Assembly: GCA_046754245.1 (NCBI GenBank)
Contig: JBHHVL010000001.1
Span: 48,577-112,576, forward strand
Source of the DNA: Candidatus Binatia bacterium
GTDB lineage: Bacteria; Desulfobacterota; Binatia; UBA1149
Length of the DNA stretch: 64,000 nt
Direction: 5' to 3'
The number at the start of each line of letters is the position of its first letter. Position 1 is the first letter of the stretch. Of this stretch, positions 19,950-29,562 are shown one piece after another. Made by a program: the position numbers and the translations under genes. The notes beneath the pieces are model-generated. The model was given only the letters and a program-made list of their open reading frames with translations, made no database searches and had not been told where the DNA came from.

Positions 19950-21220
19950 CGATCCTCTCCGAGGGCGAAGAGTTTACGCAGGGCACTGACGAGCTGTGGT
20001 TCCTCGTGGGTGCCGCGAGCCTCTTTGAGCACCGCGGTCGGACGGTGGAGTATCTTGTTGACGATCGCCCGACTCATCTGTTCCACGCGTTCACGTTCGT
20101 CCACATCGAGGGTCTCGAGACGCTGTAGGGTCCGGCTTACCTCGTATTGCCTGATGCTCTCGGCCCTCTCCCGCAAATCGACAATCGTGGGAACGACGTT
20201 AAGGGTCTCGAGCCAACGCCAGAAATTGTCTACTTCTTCTTCTACGATCGCTTCGGCCCGAACCGCCTCTCGCTGGCGCTCGTCTAGGTTGTCTTCGACC
20301 ACGGCCTCCAGATCGTCCACGTCGTAGAGATAAGCCCCATCGATGTCGTTGATCGCGGGGTCGAAGTTGCGCGGTACCGCGAGATCGATGAAAAACACAG
20401 CCCGGTACTGCCGCTCCTTCATTATCGCGCGCACCCTGTCAGCGCCAAGCAACTGCCCGCCACCAGCAGCCCCGATAACCAGATCCGCAAGCGGAAGGTA
20501 GTTGTCCATTCGATCGAGTGGTAGCGGGGTGCCGCCGAGTTCTCGCGCGAGATCAACCGCCGTCTCCAACGTCCGGTTCGCCACCATGATTCGATCTACT
20601 CCGGCTGCCAACAGATGGCGTACCGCGACTTCTCCTATCTCTCCCAGACCGGCGAGCAGCACGGTCCGGCCCTCCAGAGTCTCGAATATCTTCCCTGCAA
20701 GATCGACGGCGGCAGACGCGACAGACACTGACCGCGACGCGATGCGGGTCTCGTTGCGCACCCTCTTGGCAACCGAAAAGCTCTTGTGAAACAAGCGGTT
20801 GAGTACCGTACCCGTGGTGGCATGTTCACTCGAAAGCGAGAACTGGTCCTTCATCTGTCCGAGTATCTGGGGCTCGCCCACGACCATCGAATCCAGGCTG
20901 GACGCCACCCTGAAGACGTGCCTCACGGCGTCACGGCCATTGAATGTGTACACGTGTCGGTGGAGCTGTTCGGAATCTATCCCACTGCCTCGAAACAGAC
21001 TCAGTTCCAGTAGACGGTCATCCGAGCCCGGAGAATCGCAACAGGTGACAATCTCAACCCTGTTACAGGTAGAAAGAAGGACCGCTTCCTCCACGGTGGG
21101 CAGGTTCACGGCCTCGTGCAACAACTTCACGCTCTCGTCGCTGCCCACGCTGAGTTTCTCGCGCACCTCGATCGGCGCGCTCTTGTGGTTTAACCCCGAA
21201 ACAGTCAGGTGCCGTACCAT
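19946..21220 (-). CDS. hemA: Glutamyl-tRNA reductase
   Basis: GLNHKSAP, LSTCNRVE, SSLDSMVVGEPQILGQ, DLAVPR; start moved to ATG 21220. Confidence 0.96.
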   Translation of the reverse strand: MVRHLTVSGLNHKSAPIEVREKLSVGSDESVKLLHEAVNLPTVEEAVLLSTCNRVEIVTCCDSPGSDDRLLELSLFRGSGIDSEQLHRHVYTFNGRDAVRHVFRVASSLDSMVVGEPQILGQMKDQFSLSSEHATTGTVLNRLFHKSFSVAKRVRNETRIASRSVSVASAAVDLAGKIFETLEGRTVLLAGLGEIGEVAVRHLLAAGVDRIMVANRTLETAVDLARELGGTPLPLDRMDNYLPLADLVIGAAGGGQLLGADRVRAIMKERQYRAVFFIDLAVPRNFDPAINDIDGAYLYDVDDLEAVVEDNLDERQREAVRAEAIVEEEVDNFWRWLETLNVVPTIVDLRERAESIRQYEVSRTLQRLETLDVDERERVEQMSRAIVNKILHRPTAVLKEARGTHEEPQLVSALRKLFALGEDR

Positions 21221-21230
21221 CGCTCGTGGC

Positions 21231-22058
21231 CTAGAGCGCCGCTCCCCCACCGTGACGGCCCGACAGCGGAAGGATATTCACGGCCAAGTACGACACGACC
21301 AGCACCCCGAATCCGAGAATCGTTAGCAGCGCGGCTCGTCTACCACTGAGCCCGGCACTCAAACGGAACTGCAGCAGCCCCGCGTACATCAGCCATAGTA
21401 CAATGGACAGAATCTCGCGGGGCTCACCGGACCAGAAGCGCCCCCACGTGTTCGCCGCCCAAATCCCGCCAGTCAATATGCCCAGAGAAAGCAGGGGAAA
21501 ACCCCAGAAAAGGCAGACGTAGTTCAAACGATCGAGTTGTTCCAGAGCGGGAAGCTTCTGCAACATCCACGCCCTGCGGTGGGACTTGAGCAAGCTCTCC
21601 TGGAGCAAGTAAATAACGCTTACAGCAAACGCCAGAGCGAACACCGCGTTGCCCAGGAACGCCAGGGTAACATGAATCGGCAGCCAGGGACTCTTGAACT
21701 CAGCCGAAATCGAATGACCAGAAACGTACATCAGAGACGCACCGAGAGTGAGTACGAAGGCAAGCGGAGAAACCACAGCCCCTATGACAGCGAGCCTGTA
21801 GCGCTGCTGCGCCACAGCGTAAGCCCCCACCATTAACCACGCAAAGAACGACATTCCCTCCGCAAAACCGGTGACCGGCAAGACCCCCACACTGAAGGTT
21901 CGCAGGGCGATCGCCATGCCGTGAACACCGAATCCCAAGCCCAGCAGCAACGGCCCACCCCTTTCCAATCTCTTGGCAGACCAGAGAACGTGCGCGCAGA
22001 ACGCGAGCGCGGAAAGAAAATACAGGAGCGAACTAAGCTCGAGAAGACGCAATTCCAT
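21231..22058 (-). CDS. ccsA: Cytochrome c assembly protein (CcsA/HemX-like)
   Basis: About 8 TM helices, WLPIH, Trp-rich TGGIWAANTWGRFWSGEPRE motif; upstream of hemA. Confidence 0.85.
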   Translation of the reverse strand: MELRLLELSSLLYFLSALAFCAHVLWSAKRLERGGPLLLGLGFGVHGMAIALRTFSVGVLPVTGFAEGMSFFAWLMVGAYAVAQQRYRLAVIGAVVSPLAFVLTLGASLMYVSGHSISAEFKSPWLPIHVTLAFLGNAVFALAFAVSVIYLLQESLLKSHRRAWMLQKLPALEQLDRLNYVCLFWGFPLLSLGILTGGIWAANTWGRFWSGEPREILSIVLWLMYAGLLQFRLSAGLSGRRAALLTILGFGVLVVSYLAVNILPLSGRHGGGAAL

Positions 22059-22064
22059 GGCTGC

Positions 22065-22733
22065 CTATTCCTTGCGACTAGAAAGGTCCATTTTCCCCAC
22101 AATCTTGGCTCCGACGAATTCCCTCACGAGCGTTTCAGCTTCTTCGTGCCGGCCGCTCTCGAGGAGACCGAGCAACCCGCGGCCGAGGACCTCATCAAAA
22201 AGTCGCTTGCGTTCCAACCCGCTCAGGCCGTCCGCCTTCATGCTTTCCCTGAGCCGCCCGAGATAACTGACTATTTCAGCATAGACAGGGCCTATTCTCT
22301 CTTCCAACTCCCGCCTGAGAAAGACGGCCAGGCTGGGGCTCTTGCCCGACGTCGAAACCACGAGGCAGAGATCCCCGCGACGTAACACGCTGCCGCTTAT
22401 GAAGTCCGACGCGCTGGCATCGTCCGCGGCCGCGGCCAGTACCCCTGCTCGCCGGGCGTCGGAGAGAACGCGCGCCTGCAGCTGGCGGTCGTCGCTGCAG
22501 GCAAACACGAGGACCGCGCCAAGCATGTCCTCACCGCGGTAGGCCCGCCTACTGATTCCAAGGCGGCGCGCACGGCCAAGTTTGCCCAGTCGTTCACATA
22601 CACGGGGACTGATCACCTGAACCGCCGCACCAGCGGCAAGAAGGCTGTCGGCTTTGTGCGCCGCCACCTCGCCCCCTCCGACGACGAGACAGCGCTTCGC
22701 CCCGACATCCAGAAAAATCGGCAAATAGCCCAT
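22065..22733 (-). CDS. Precorrin-2 dehydrogenase / sirohydrochlorin ferrochelatase (CysG N-terminal / SirC type)
   Basis: YLPIFLD, VVGGGEVA, VSTSGKSPSLA. Confidence 0.9.
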   Translation of the reverse strand: MGYLPIFLDVGAKRCLVVGGGEVAAHKADSLLAAGAAVQVISPRVCERLGKLGRARRLGISRRAYRGEDMLGAVLVFACSDDRQLQARVLSDARRAGVLAAAADDASASDFISGSVLRRGDLCLVVSTSGKSPSLAVFLRRELEERIGPVYAEIVSYLGRLRESMKADGLSGLERKRLFDEVLGRGLLGLLESGRHEEAETLVREFVGAKIVGKMDLSSRKE

Positions 22734-22739
22734 CTAGGC

Positions 22740-22748
22740 AATCTAACA
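22740..22748 (-). promoter_or_regulatory. Extended -10 promoter, probable leaderless transcript of the hem operon
   Basis: TGtTAGATT ends 6 nt before ATG 22733; no SD between them. Confidence 0.55.
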
Positions 22749-22823
22749 CGAGTAGCGTCGCAGCCCGAAACAGCCGGATCCACGACCAGCCGCTGTACAC
22801 CCATCTGGCCGCCTTGACGCGGC

Positions 22824-24587
22824 CTATCTGGGAACCTTCAGGCTTTGCCCTCGCCTGATCGCGTGAGGGTTGGCGATACCGTTGTAGCGCGTTAGCGCCG
22901 CGACGGTGGTGCCATAGTGACGGGCTATGTAGGAGAGGGTCTGTCCCGAGGCGACGGTGTGGGTCACAAAACCGCCGCTCGCAGACGGCGAGGCTACCGC
23001 CGATCCCCGCACCGGAACCCTGATCGTCGATCCGGCCCGTAGGTTCCTGGGATCTCTAATGTCGTTGAGGTACTGCAGGAAGGAGACCTTGGTATTGTAA
23101 CGCCTCGCGAGCCGAGAGAGGGTTTCTCCCCTGGAGATCCTGTGCACCGCGTAGTAGGTCTTCGCACTGCTTCTCGCCGAGCTGGCCGGAGATTCAGCCG
23201 CCGCTGCCGCGCGGCTACCCCGCACCGGGACCTTGACGATCTGCCCAAAGCGGAGCCGTCGAGGGTCACTGATGTTGTTGAGCCGTTTGAGCTCAGAAAC
23301 CGTCGTGTGATAGATGCCCGCCAGATGAGACAACGTCTGGCCCCGGTTGAGACGGTGAGCCAGCAAGTAGTTGCGCGGCTCCTGGTGCCGCCTCTCGGCC
23401 GGCAGTCCGGCGTACACCTTTTCGAAGGTCTCCAACTTGAGTTCCGGCAGCCGTAGCTGGTAGCCCTTGGGTACCCGCGCGCGCCCGCTGGTTACCTCGT
23501 AGGAAAGGGCCGGATTGATCTCGACGATTTGAGCGGTCGTCATGCCCGCACAGCGGGCGAGATCCTCGAGGTCGACGAAATCCTCCAAGATGACCGTGCG
23601 GTACTTGCGGGGCTCGAATTCGATGGCACCGCAAAACTCTTCGGCCCTGGCAGCGACTTCACGCGCCGCAAGAAACTCCGCGTAGAAGTTGCGCGACGCA
23701 AAGCCGAACCTCCTGCTCCGATAGCTTTTCACTATGGCCCCCAGGTTATCGGTCTTGAGCTTTTTCGCAGCGTAAGCAACACCCCCGGCACCATGGTTGT
23801 AAGCGGTTATGGCCAGTGGCCAGTTCCCGAGTCGATCGTGGTTTTCTCTCAAATAGCGCGCCGCGGCTTCGGTCGCGCGCAGAGGATCACGCCGGTCGTC
23901 GTATACGTGGTCTATGTGGAGAAACCGACGTCCGGTTCCCCTGGTAAACTGCCAGATCCCAACGGCGCCGGCGTAGGAGCGTGCGGCAATGGTATAGGAC
24001 GATTCAACCAGCGGAAGCGCGAGAAGGTCGGCGGGGACCCCGTACTTCTCCATCAGTGGCCTGGTTTCGTCCTCGTACTGGCGCATACGGGTAACAGCAC
24101 CGCAGAGCTTGTCGGCCAAGCCCCGTTGTGGCCTGAAGCGATGCGCCAGCGTGCTGGCCTCGGACAAAGAGCCGAACTTCGACTGTATCAGCGTAGCTAC
24201 GCGTTGTTCTTCCGGGCTGACTACCTTGCCCGACGCAATGCGCCGTAAGAGGGCTCCGAGCCGCTGTCTTTCCGCCCTTACACGCGCCCTTACGGCTTGC
24301 TCCTTCTGGACTTCTGAGCGCTTGCCGTCAAGAATGTCGGACAGATCGAGCTTCGAGTAGATGATATCCAGCTCGTAGAGATCATGAAAAACAACGCTGC
24401 GGCTGCTAAAAACCGAAAAAACGTCCCGCCAGAAGGCGACGTTGCTCTCGAGTTCAGGGTATAGGGGGAAGAGCTCCGATTGCTGCTCCGCAGACGAGTG
24501 AGCCGGAAGCGCGAGGCAGAGCATCAGCGTTAGCCCCCCTACCACTGGGAAAAACCGTAGCCCACCCTCAGCCCGGCCCGCGCTCAT
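22824..24587 (-). CDS. mltD: Membrane-bound lytic murein transglycosylase D-like (SLT domain + 3 LysM)
   Basis: LPLVESSY, AGAVGIWQF, AITAYNHG; three C-terminal LysM repeats (GQTLS/GETLS); SD GGAGGAGG before ATG 24587. Confidence 0.88.
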   Translation of the reverse strand: MSAGRAEGGLRFFPVVGGLTLMLCLALPAHSSAEQQSELFPLYPELESNVAFWRDVFSVFSSRSVVFHDLYELDIIYSKLDLSDILDGKRSEVQKEQAVRARVRAERQRLGALLRRIASGKVVSPEEQRVATLIQSKFGSLSEASTLAHRFRPQRGLADKLCGAVTRMRQYEDETRPLMEKYGVPADLLALPLVESSYTIAARSYAGAVGIWQFTRGTGRRFLHIDHVYDDRRDPLRATEAAARYLRENHDRLGNWPLAITAYNHGAGGVAYAAKKLKTDNLGAIVKSYRSRRFGFASRNFYAEFLAAREVAARAEEFCGAIEFEPRKYRTVILEDFVDLEDLARCAGMTTAQIVEINPALSYEVTSGRARVPKGYQLRLPELKLETFEKVYAGLPAERRHQEPRNYLLAHRLNRGQTLSHLAGIYHTTVSELKRLNNISDPRRLRFGQIVKVPVRGSRAAAAAESPASSARSSAKTYYAVHRISRGETLSRLARRYNTKVSFLQYLNDIRDPRNLRAGSTIRVPVRGSAVASPSASGGFVTHTVASGQTLSYIARHYGTTVAALTRYNGIANPHAIRRGQSLKVPR

Positions 24588-24706
24588 ACCCGCACCTCCT
24601 CCAACCACCGCAACCTAACCATGTTAACAAACGGGCGGCAGGCCGGCTACACAAATGCCATCAATCAAGCAATATTGTTTGTTTTCTTTCTGCCGCCTCT
24701 GTCTTC

Positions 24707-26257
24707 TTGGTTATTATTCTCTCGTCCGTCGGTTGCCGGCCGGACCCCGCTCCCACGGCGACCGACACCCTGCGATTGGCGTTAGAGGCCATGCCCACAC
24801 AGCTCGATCCCCGCTACGCGACCGATGCCCACTCGTCGAGAATCGGAAGCCTGGTCTTCGCTTCCCTCACGAGAAGCAATGCGAGTGGATCCGTACAACC
24901 CTACCTCGCCGAGTCCTGGTCCCGCGAGGGGCCACGGCTCTACCGTTTCCGTATTCGCAGGGACTTTCGCTTCCACGACGGAACCCCCGTCGCGGCCGAA
25001 GACGTAGTCGCCACCTATCACAGTCTGATGGATCGGAGCATGGCCTCCCCTCGACGAGCGACACTTTCCTCCGTCGAGTCGGTAAGCGTGGGCCAAGGAG
25101 AAGCCGAAGTCGTGTTTCGGTTGAAAACCTCCGACGCTAGCTTCCTGGACGCGACGAGTGCGGGGGTGCTGCCACGCCGCTTCGCGGGTGAGAGGGATCT
25201 CGCTCCCGACGAGCTCGTAGGCAGCGGCCCGTACAGTATCGAGCGGGTAGCCGACGATGAATTGATTAGCCTGGTCGCGTTCGGCGACTTTGCCGATGGA
25301 CGACCGGCGATACCTCGGATTGAATTTCGAGTCATACCGGACGGCACCATGCGAGCCCTCGAACTGCAGCACGGCTCGATAGACATGGTACAGAACGCTC
25401 TCGACCCCGACACGGTAGACTGGCTTCGCCAAGACTCGACCGTTCTTTCCGTGCTTCGTTCGGCCTCCAACAGTTTTCAGTACATCGGTATGAATCTCGA
25501 ACATCCAGCGCTTTCGGATGTGCGCGTCCGCCGCGCGTTGGCGGTGGCAGTCGACCGTGAGGCCATAGTCGAGCATCTCCTGAACGGAAAGGCCAGGGTC
25601 GCGTCCGGCGTTCTCCCGCCTCACCACTGGGCCTTCGAGGGGAACGTGAGGCGTTATCACTATAACCCGGCCAGGGCGCGTTCGTTGCTCGAACGCGCCG
25701 GCCTGCAAGATCCCGATGGACCGGATGGTCCCCTGCCCCGCCTGCGGCTGAGCTACAAGACCACCACCGACGAGCTGCGGCGCCGCATTGCTGAAGCCAT
25801 CTCAAACCAGCTCGCCGGCGTAGGAATAGAGCTCCAGATCTTGTCCTATGAGTGGGGGACCTTCTACGCGGACGTCAAACGAGGAAGCTTCCACCTGTAC
25901 TCGTTGGCCTGGGTAGGGATCACCGATCCGGATATCTTCCGCACCGTTTTCCACTCCGACATGGCTCCTCCCGACGGGGCGAACCGCGGCAGGTTCAGCG
26001 ACCCAATCATCGATCGCCTGGTGGATCGCGCAAGGACCGTTTGCGGGCAGCGGACGCGAGCCCGGATCTACGCGCGAGTACAGAAACGGGCGGCTCGTCT
26101 GCTTCCCTACATACCGCTGTGGTGGCCGGACAACGTCGTCGTCGCAAACACCAGGCTCGAGAACTTCTCGCCCCACCCATCGGGGGATCTCTTTCTGCTG
26201 TGGAAGGCCCGTCTGGAGGACCCCGAGGATCTCCGGATCCAGGTCAGGCGCCCCTGA
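24707..26257 (+). CDS. ABC transporter substrate-binding lipoprotein (DppA/OppA family 5)
   Basis: Lipobox-like SSVGC, FRFHDGTPVAAEDV, VGSGPY, DVRVRRAL. True start uncertain. Confidence 0.88.
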   Translation: MVIILSSVGCRPDPAPTATDTLRLALEAMPTQLDPRYATDAHSSRIGSLVFASLTRSNASGSVQPYLAESWSREGPRLYRFRIRRDFRFHDGTPVAAEDVVATYHSLMDRSMASPRRATLSSVESVSVGQGEAEVVFRLKTSDASFLDATSAGVLPRRFAGERDLAPDELVGSGPYSIERVADDELISLVAFGDFADGRPAIPRIEFRVIPDGTMRALELQHGSIDMVQNALDPDTVDWLRQDSTVLSVLRSASNSFQYIGMNLEHPALSDVRVRRALAVAVDREAIVEHLLNGKARVASGVLPPHHWAFEGNVRRYHYNPARARSLLERAGLQDPDGPDGPLPRLRLSYKTTTDELRRRIAEAISNQLAGVGIELQILSYEWGTFYADVKRGSFHLYSLAWVGITDPDIFRTVFHSDMAPPDGANRGRFSDPIIDRLVDRARTVCGQRTRARIYARVQKRAARLLPYIPLWWPDNVVVANTRLENFSPHPSGDLFLLWKARLEDPEDLRIQVRRP

Positions 26258-26277
26258 CGGCCGCGTTTCCGCAGGGC

Positions 26278-26823
26278 TCAGCGCCGGCACGCGACCAGCA
26301 AGCCATCGACGTCGGGCTGATCGCCCGCTCCCGCGTCCCGATGAGCGAACAGCAGCTCGGGGCCCGGACCGATGACGAAGGTTCCTCCCTGCTGCCAGGG
26401 GTCGCCAGCCATCGCTCCCTGCCTGAATCCGGCTCCAAAGGCCCGAATACCCCTCAACATCGCACTGGGTCCGAGGGTACTGATCAGCCCCCTATTCAAT
26501 CTGAAGGCCCTGAAGCCGCGACGCTCTGGATCGACGTAGACCTCACCGGGAAAATCAAACGCCGACACGAAATCCTTCGCTTGTTCGGTGTTACCGTTTC
26601 CGATCGCGACCAGCGCGACCCCAGCCTGGTCGAGTTCATCCTTGATACCGGCCAAGGCAGCAGCCTGCTGCCGACAGAACAGTCAACCGAAATGGCGAAG
26701 AAAAGAAACCACCGCCCGGCGATTCTGCCAGAGGCTTTTCAGCTCTACCGTAGAGCCGTCTAGATCGGTAACCGTCAAGCCGGCAAGTACCGGCAAATCG
26801 AGGGATCTTCGCGACGCTGACAT
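26278..26823 (-). CDS. Selenocysteine-containing peroxiredoxin-like (AhpC/TSA-like, thioredoxin-fold) protein, UxxC motif, 181 aa
   Basis: ATG 26823 reads MSASRRSLDLPVLAGLTVTDLDGSTVELKSLWQNRRAVVSFLRHFG, then TGA (26683-26685), then LFCRQQ, continuing in frame into ORF 26278..26655 (YVDPER, QQGGTFVI). SECIS-like hairpin follows the TGA. Confidence 0.88.
26656..26685 (-). promoter_or_regulatory. Bacterial SECIS-like element
   Basis: UGA-CUGUUCUGUC-GGCAGCA-GGC-UGCUGCC: a 7-bp perfect stem with G-containing loop starting 10 nt after the UGA. Confidence 0.7.
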
Positions 26824-26977
26824 GCGACTTCTCTACCACCAGCCGGCCGATGAGCAAAACCGCCGAGGCAATGAAGCCCCCGGTCCGCTCTCGCGCAGTA
26901 CACCGTTTCGGCTTCGCACGCTCAGACGCCATGAATGGACTCGCCGGTCGCGGTCACAGCTGGTAAGCTCTCGCGCG

Positions 26978-27910
26978 ATGCTGATCTATACGCTAAGACG
27001 TCTCGCGCTCTTGGTTCCTACCGTGGTCGGCGTCGTCACCGTGGTGTTCTTCCTCATCCACCTCATACCTGGCGATCCCGTGGAAGTAATGCTCGGCGAG
27101 AGCGCGACGCCGGCAGACCGCGTCGAACTCAGACGGGCTCTCGATCTCGACCGGCCGCTCGGCAGTCAGTACCTGTCGTTCCTGGCGGCCACCGCCAGAG
27201 CCGACCTCGGCCGATCCATACACAGCGGCCAACCGGTCACGCGGGTAATCGCCGATCGACTGCCGGCGACCATACGGCTCACCATCGTGGCGATGGTCAT
27301 CGCGATGTTCATCGCCCTTCCTTTCGGCCTGCTTTCCGCCTGGAAACCGGGCAGTAGCATCGACAGGGCGTCGCTCCTAACCGCGATGCTTGGCGTCGCC
27401 ATACCCAACTTCTGGCTGGGGCCGATGCTCATACTGTTGTTCTCGATCGAGCTGGGATGGTTGCCAGTGTCGGGTAGCTCGACGCCGCTGCACCTCTTGC
27501 TTCCGGCCATTACGCTGGGAACCGCAATGGCCGGTCTCCTCGCGAGACTGACCAGGAGTACCGTGCTCGAGGCTCTCCACGAAGACTACGTCCGCACCGC
27601 CCGCGCAAAGGGGCTCAGCGAAGCAAGCGTCGTTGCACGCCATGCCCTTGCCAACGCACTCACCCCCTTGCTGTCAGTGCTCGGGCTTCAGTTCGGCGGC
27701 TTGCTGGCGGGATCGATCATCACGGAAACGATCTTCGCCTGGCCTGGTATCGGACGGTTGGTGGTGCAGGCAATACACACCCGCGATTATCCTGTCGTGC
27801 AAGGTTGCGTTCTGATAATCGCCCTGAGCTATGTGATCGTCAACCTAGCGACCGACCTCGCATACGCGCTGGTCAATCCACGAGTGAGGTACGGCAATGG
27901 CGATGGCTGA
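26978..27910 (+). CDS. Peptide/nickel ABC transporter permease (DppB-like)
   Basis: LIPGDPV, DLGRS, RLPAT, DYVRTARAKGL, RDYPVVQG; start moved to ATG 26978. Confidence 0.92.
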   Translation: MLIYTLRRLALLVPTVVGVVTVVFFLIHLIPGDPVEVMLGESATPADRVELRRALDLDRPLGSQYLSFLAATARADLGRSIHSGQPVTRVIADRLPATIRLTIVAMVIAMFIALPFGLLSAWKPGSSIDRASLLTAMLGVAIPNFWLGPMLILLFSIELGWLPVSGSSTPLHLLLPAITLGTAMAGLLARLTRSTVLEALHEDYVRTARAKGLSEASVVARHALANALTPLLSVLGLQFGGLLAGSIITETIFAWPGIGRLVVQAIHTRDYPVVQGCVLIIALSYVIVNLATDLAYALVNPRVRYGNGDG

Positions 27911-28739
27911 GCGACCTGGTCCTGGGTCCGGCGCTGGCAAGAACGTGAACCTCGCCGCAGGCACCCTGGTGTTCCTCGCCTTGGTACTGGTCGCGGTTCT
28001 TGCGCCGGTAATCACTCCCTACGGTCCTCACGTTCAGGTCCTATCCGAAGACCTTGGCCGTCCCAGCCTCGACCACCCCCTCGGCCAGGACAAACTCGGT
28101 CGCGACCAACTCTGCCGCCTCGCGTACGGGGCCCGCGTATCGCTCTACGTCGGTCTGTCCGCGTTCGCTTTGTCGCTGTCGATCGGACTGCTGGTGGGCT
28201 GCACGGCAGGCTATCTCGGAGGTGCCACCGACTTCTGGTTGATGAGGTTGGTAGACGTATTGATGGCTTTTCCCGGAATACTGCTGGCCATCACGCTTAG
28301 CGCGGTGCTGGGACCGGGCCTCAACAACGTCGTCGTAGCGCTCGGCGTCACCGGCTGGACCGGCTACGCCCGCCTCGCGCGCGGAGAGGTTCTAGGATTG
28401 CGGAGGAGCGACCACGTCGAGGCCGCTCGCGCGCTCGGTCTTCCAACGCGGCTGATCCTGCTTCGCCACGTCGTACCGTTACTCGCTGCTCCCATGCTCG
28501 TTCAAAGCAGTTTCGGAATCGCCGGTGCGATCGTCGCTGAAGCAAGTCTGAGCTTTCTTGGCCTCGGCGTTCAGCCACCGACACCTTCGTGGGGTTCCAT
28601 GCTTAACGAGGGTCGCGCTTTCATGCTGGTTGCGCCACACATGACTCTGTTCCCCGGCATCGCGATTCTCGTCACCGTTCTCGGTCTCAACGCCCTCGGC
28701 GACGGACTCCGCGACTACCTCGACACCCGTCTAGGTTAG
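27897..28739 (+). CDS. Peptide/nickel ABC transporter permease (DppC-like)
   Basis: HPLGQDKLGRD, GARVSL, EAARALG, LSFLGLG, PSWGSML, GDGLRD. Confidence 0.92.
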   Translation: MAMAERPGPGSGAGKNVNLAAGTLVFLALVLVAVLAPVITPYGPHVQVLSEDLGRPSLDHPLGQDKLGRDQLCRLAYGARVSLYVGLSAFALSLSIGLLVGCTAGYLGGATDFWLMRLVDVLMAFPGILLAITLSAVLGPGLNNVVVALGVTGWTGYARLARGEVLGLRRSDHVEAARALGLPTRLILLRHVVPLLAAPMLVQSSFGIAGAIVAEASLSFLGLGVQPPTPSWGSMLNEGRAFMLVAPHMTLFPGIAILVTVLGLNALGDGLRDYLDTRLG

Positions 28740-28743
28740 AATC

Positions 28744-29562
28744 CTACTTCTGGCAACCGGGACAGTAGAAACTCCTGCGCTGCCCGACGGCCACCGCTTT
28801 GATCGTCTCCCCACATACCCGGCAGGCCTCACCGGTGCGGGCGTAGACATGATGCCGCCACTGATACCCGCCTTTTCGTCCTATGCCGTCGAGAAAATCT
28901 GACACCGTAGAGCCCTTGTGTTCGATCGCTTCCGCCACGATCATCCGACACGCCTCGGTTATCCGCCGACACTGGTTCAAGCTGAGCCCCGAAAGCCGCC
29001 GCCGCGGTCGTACCCCACTGGCGAAGAGTACCTCGTTCACGTAGATGTTTCCCAACCCGGCGACGACACGCTGATCCATGAGCACGTCTTTTACCGTCCG
29101 CCTCGTGCGGCTGCGAAAAGACGCGAGGTAGGCCCCAGTAAAGCTCGCCTCGTCTAGAACTTCAGGACCGAGCCCCTGGAGCAGAACGCAGTGTTCCTCT
29201 CGCTCGAGCATCATGAGGCCAAAACGGCGGGGATCGTTGAAAACCAGTCCTGATCCGTCCGACAGCGTTACGATCACGTGATCATGGCGGCCCGCACGTC
29301 GTCCGCCATTCGCTGCGTGGACCAGTCTGCCGCTCATCCCGAAGTGGACGATCCAGCAATAACCGTCATCGAGATCAAAGAGAAGGTACTTGCTCCTCCG
29401 TCGAATCGCCGTCACGCCTCGGCCCGACAACCTCGCCGCAAAATTACCGGCGATTTCTCTTCGCAGACTCGCGCAACGAACCTCAACATCCCTGACGCGT
29501 CGCCCGAGTACCAGCGGCTCAAGCGTGAGTCTGATAACCTCTACTTCCGGAAGTTCAGGCAT
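28744..29562 (-). CDS. mutM: Formamidopyrimidine-DNA glycosylase
   Basis: MPELPEVE, HFGMSG, DPRRFG, GLGNIY, C-terminal zinc finger. Confidence 0.96.
   Translation of the reverse strand: MPELPEVEVIRLTLEPLVLGRRVRDVEVRCASLRREIAGNFAARLSGRGVTAIRRRSKYLLFDLDDGYCWIVHFGMSGRLVHAANGGRRAGRHDHVIVTLSDGSGLVFNDPRRFGLMMLEREEHCVLLQGLGPEVLDEASFTGAYLASFRSRTRRTVKDVLMDQRVVAGLGNIYVNEVLFASGVRPRRRLSGLSLNQCRRITEACRMIVAEAIEHKGSTVSDFLDGIGRKGGYQWRHHVYARTGEACRVCGETIKAVAVGQRRSFYCPGCQK

Noticed and set aside
22824-23360. Repeated sequence blocks
   Set aside because: These are the three LysM coding repeats of mltD, not a CRISPR array or DNA repeat element.
26588-26977. 130-aa N-terminal extension of dppB
   Set aside because: Overlaps the selenoprotein gene on the other strand; the DppB-like sequence begins at ATG 26978.
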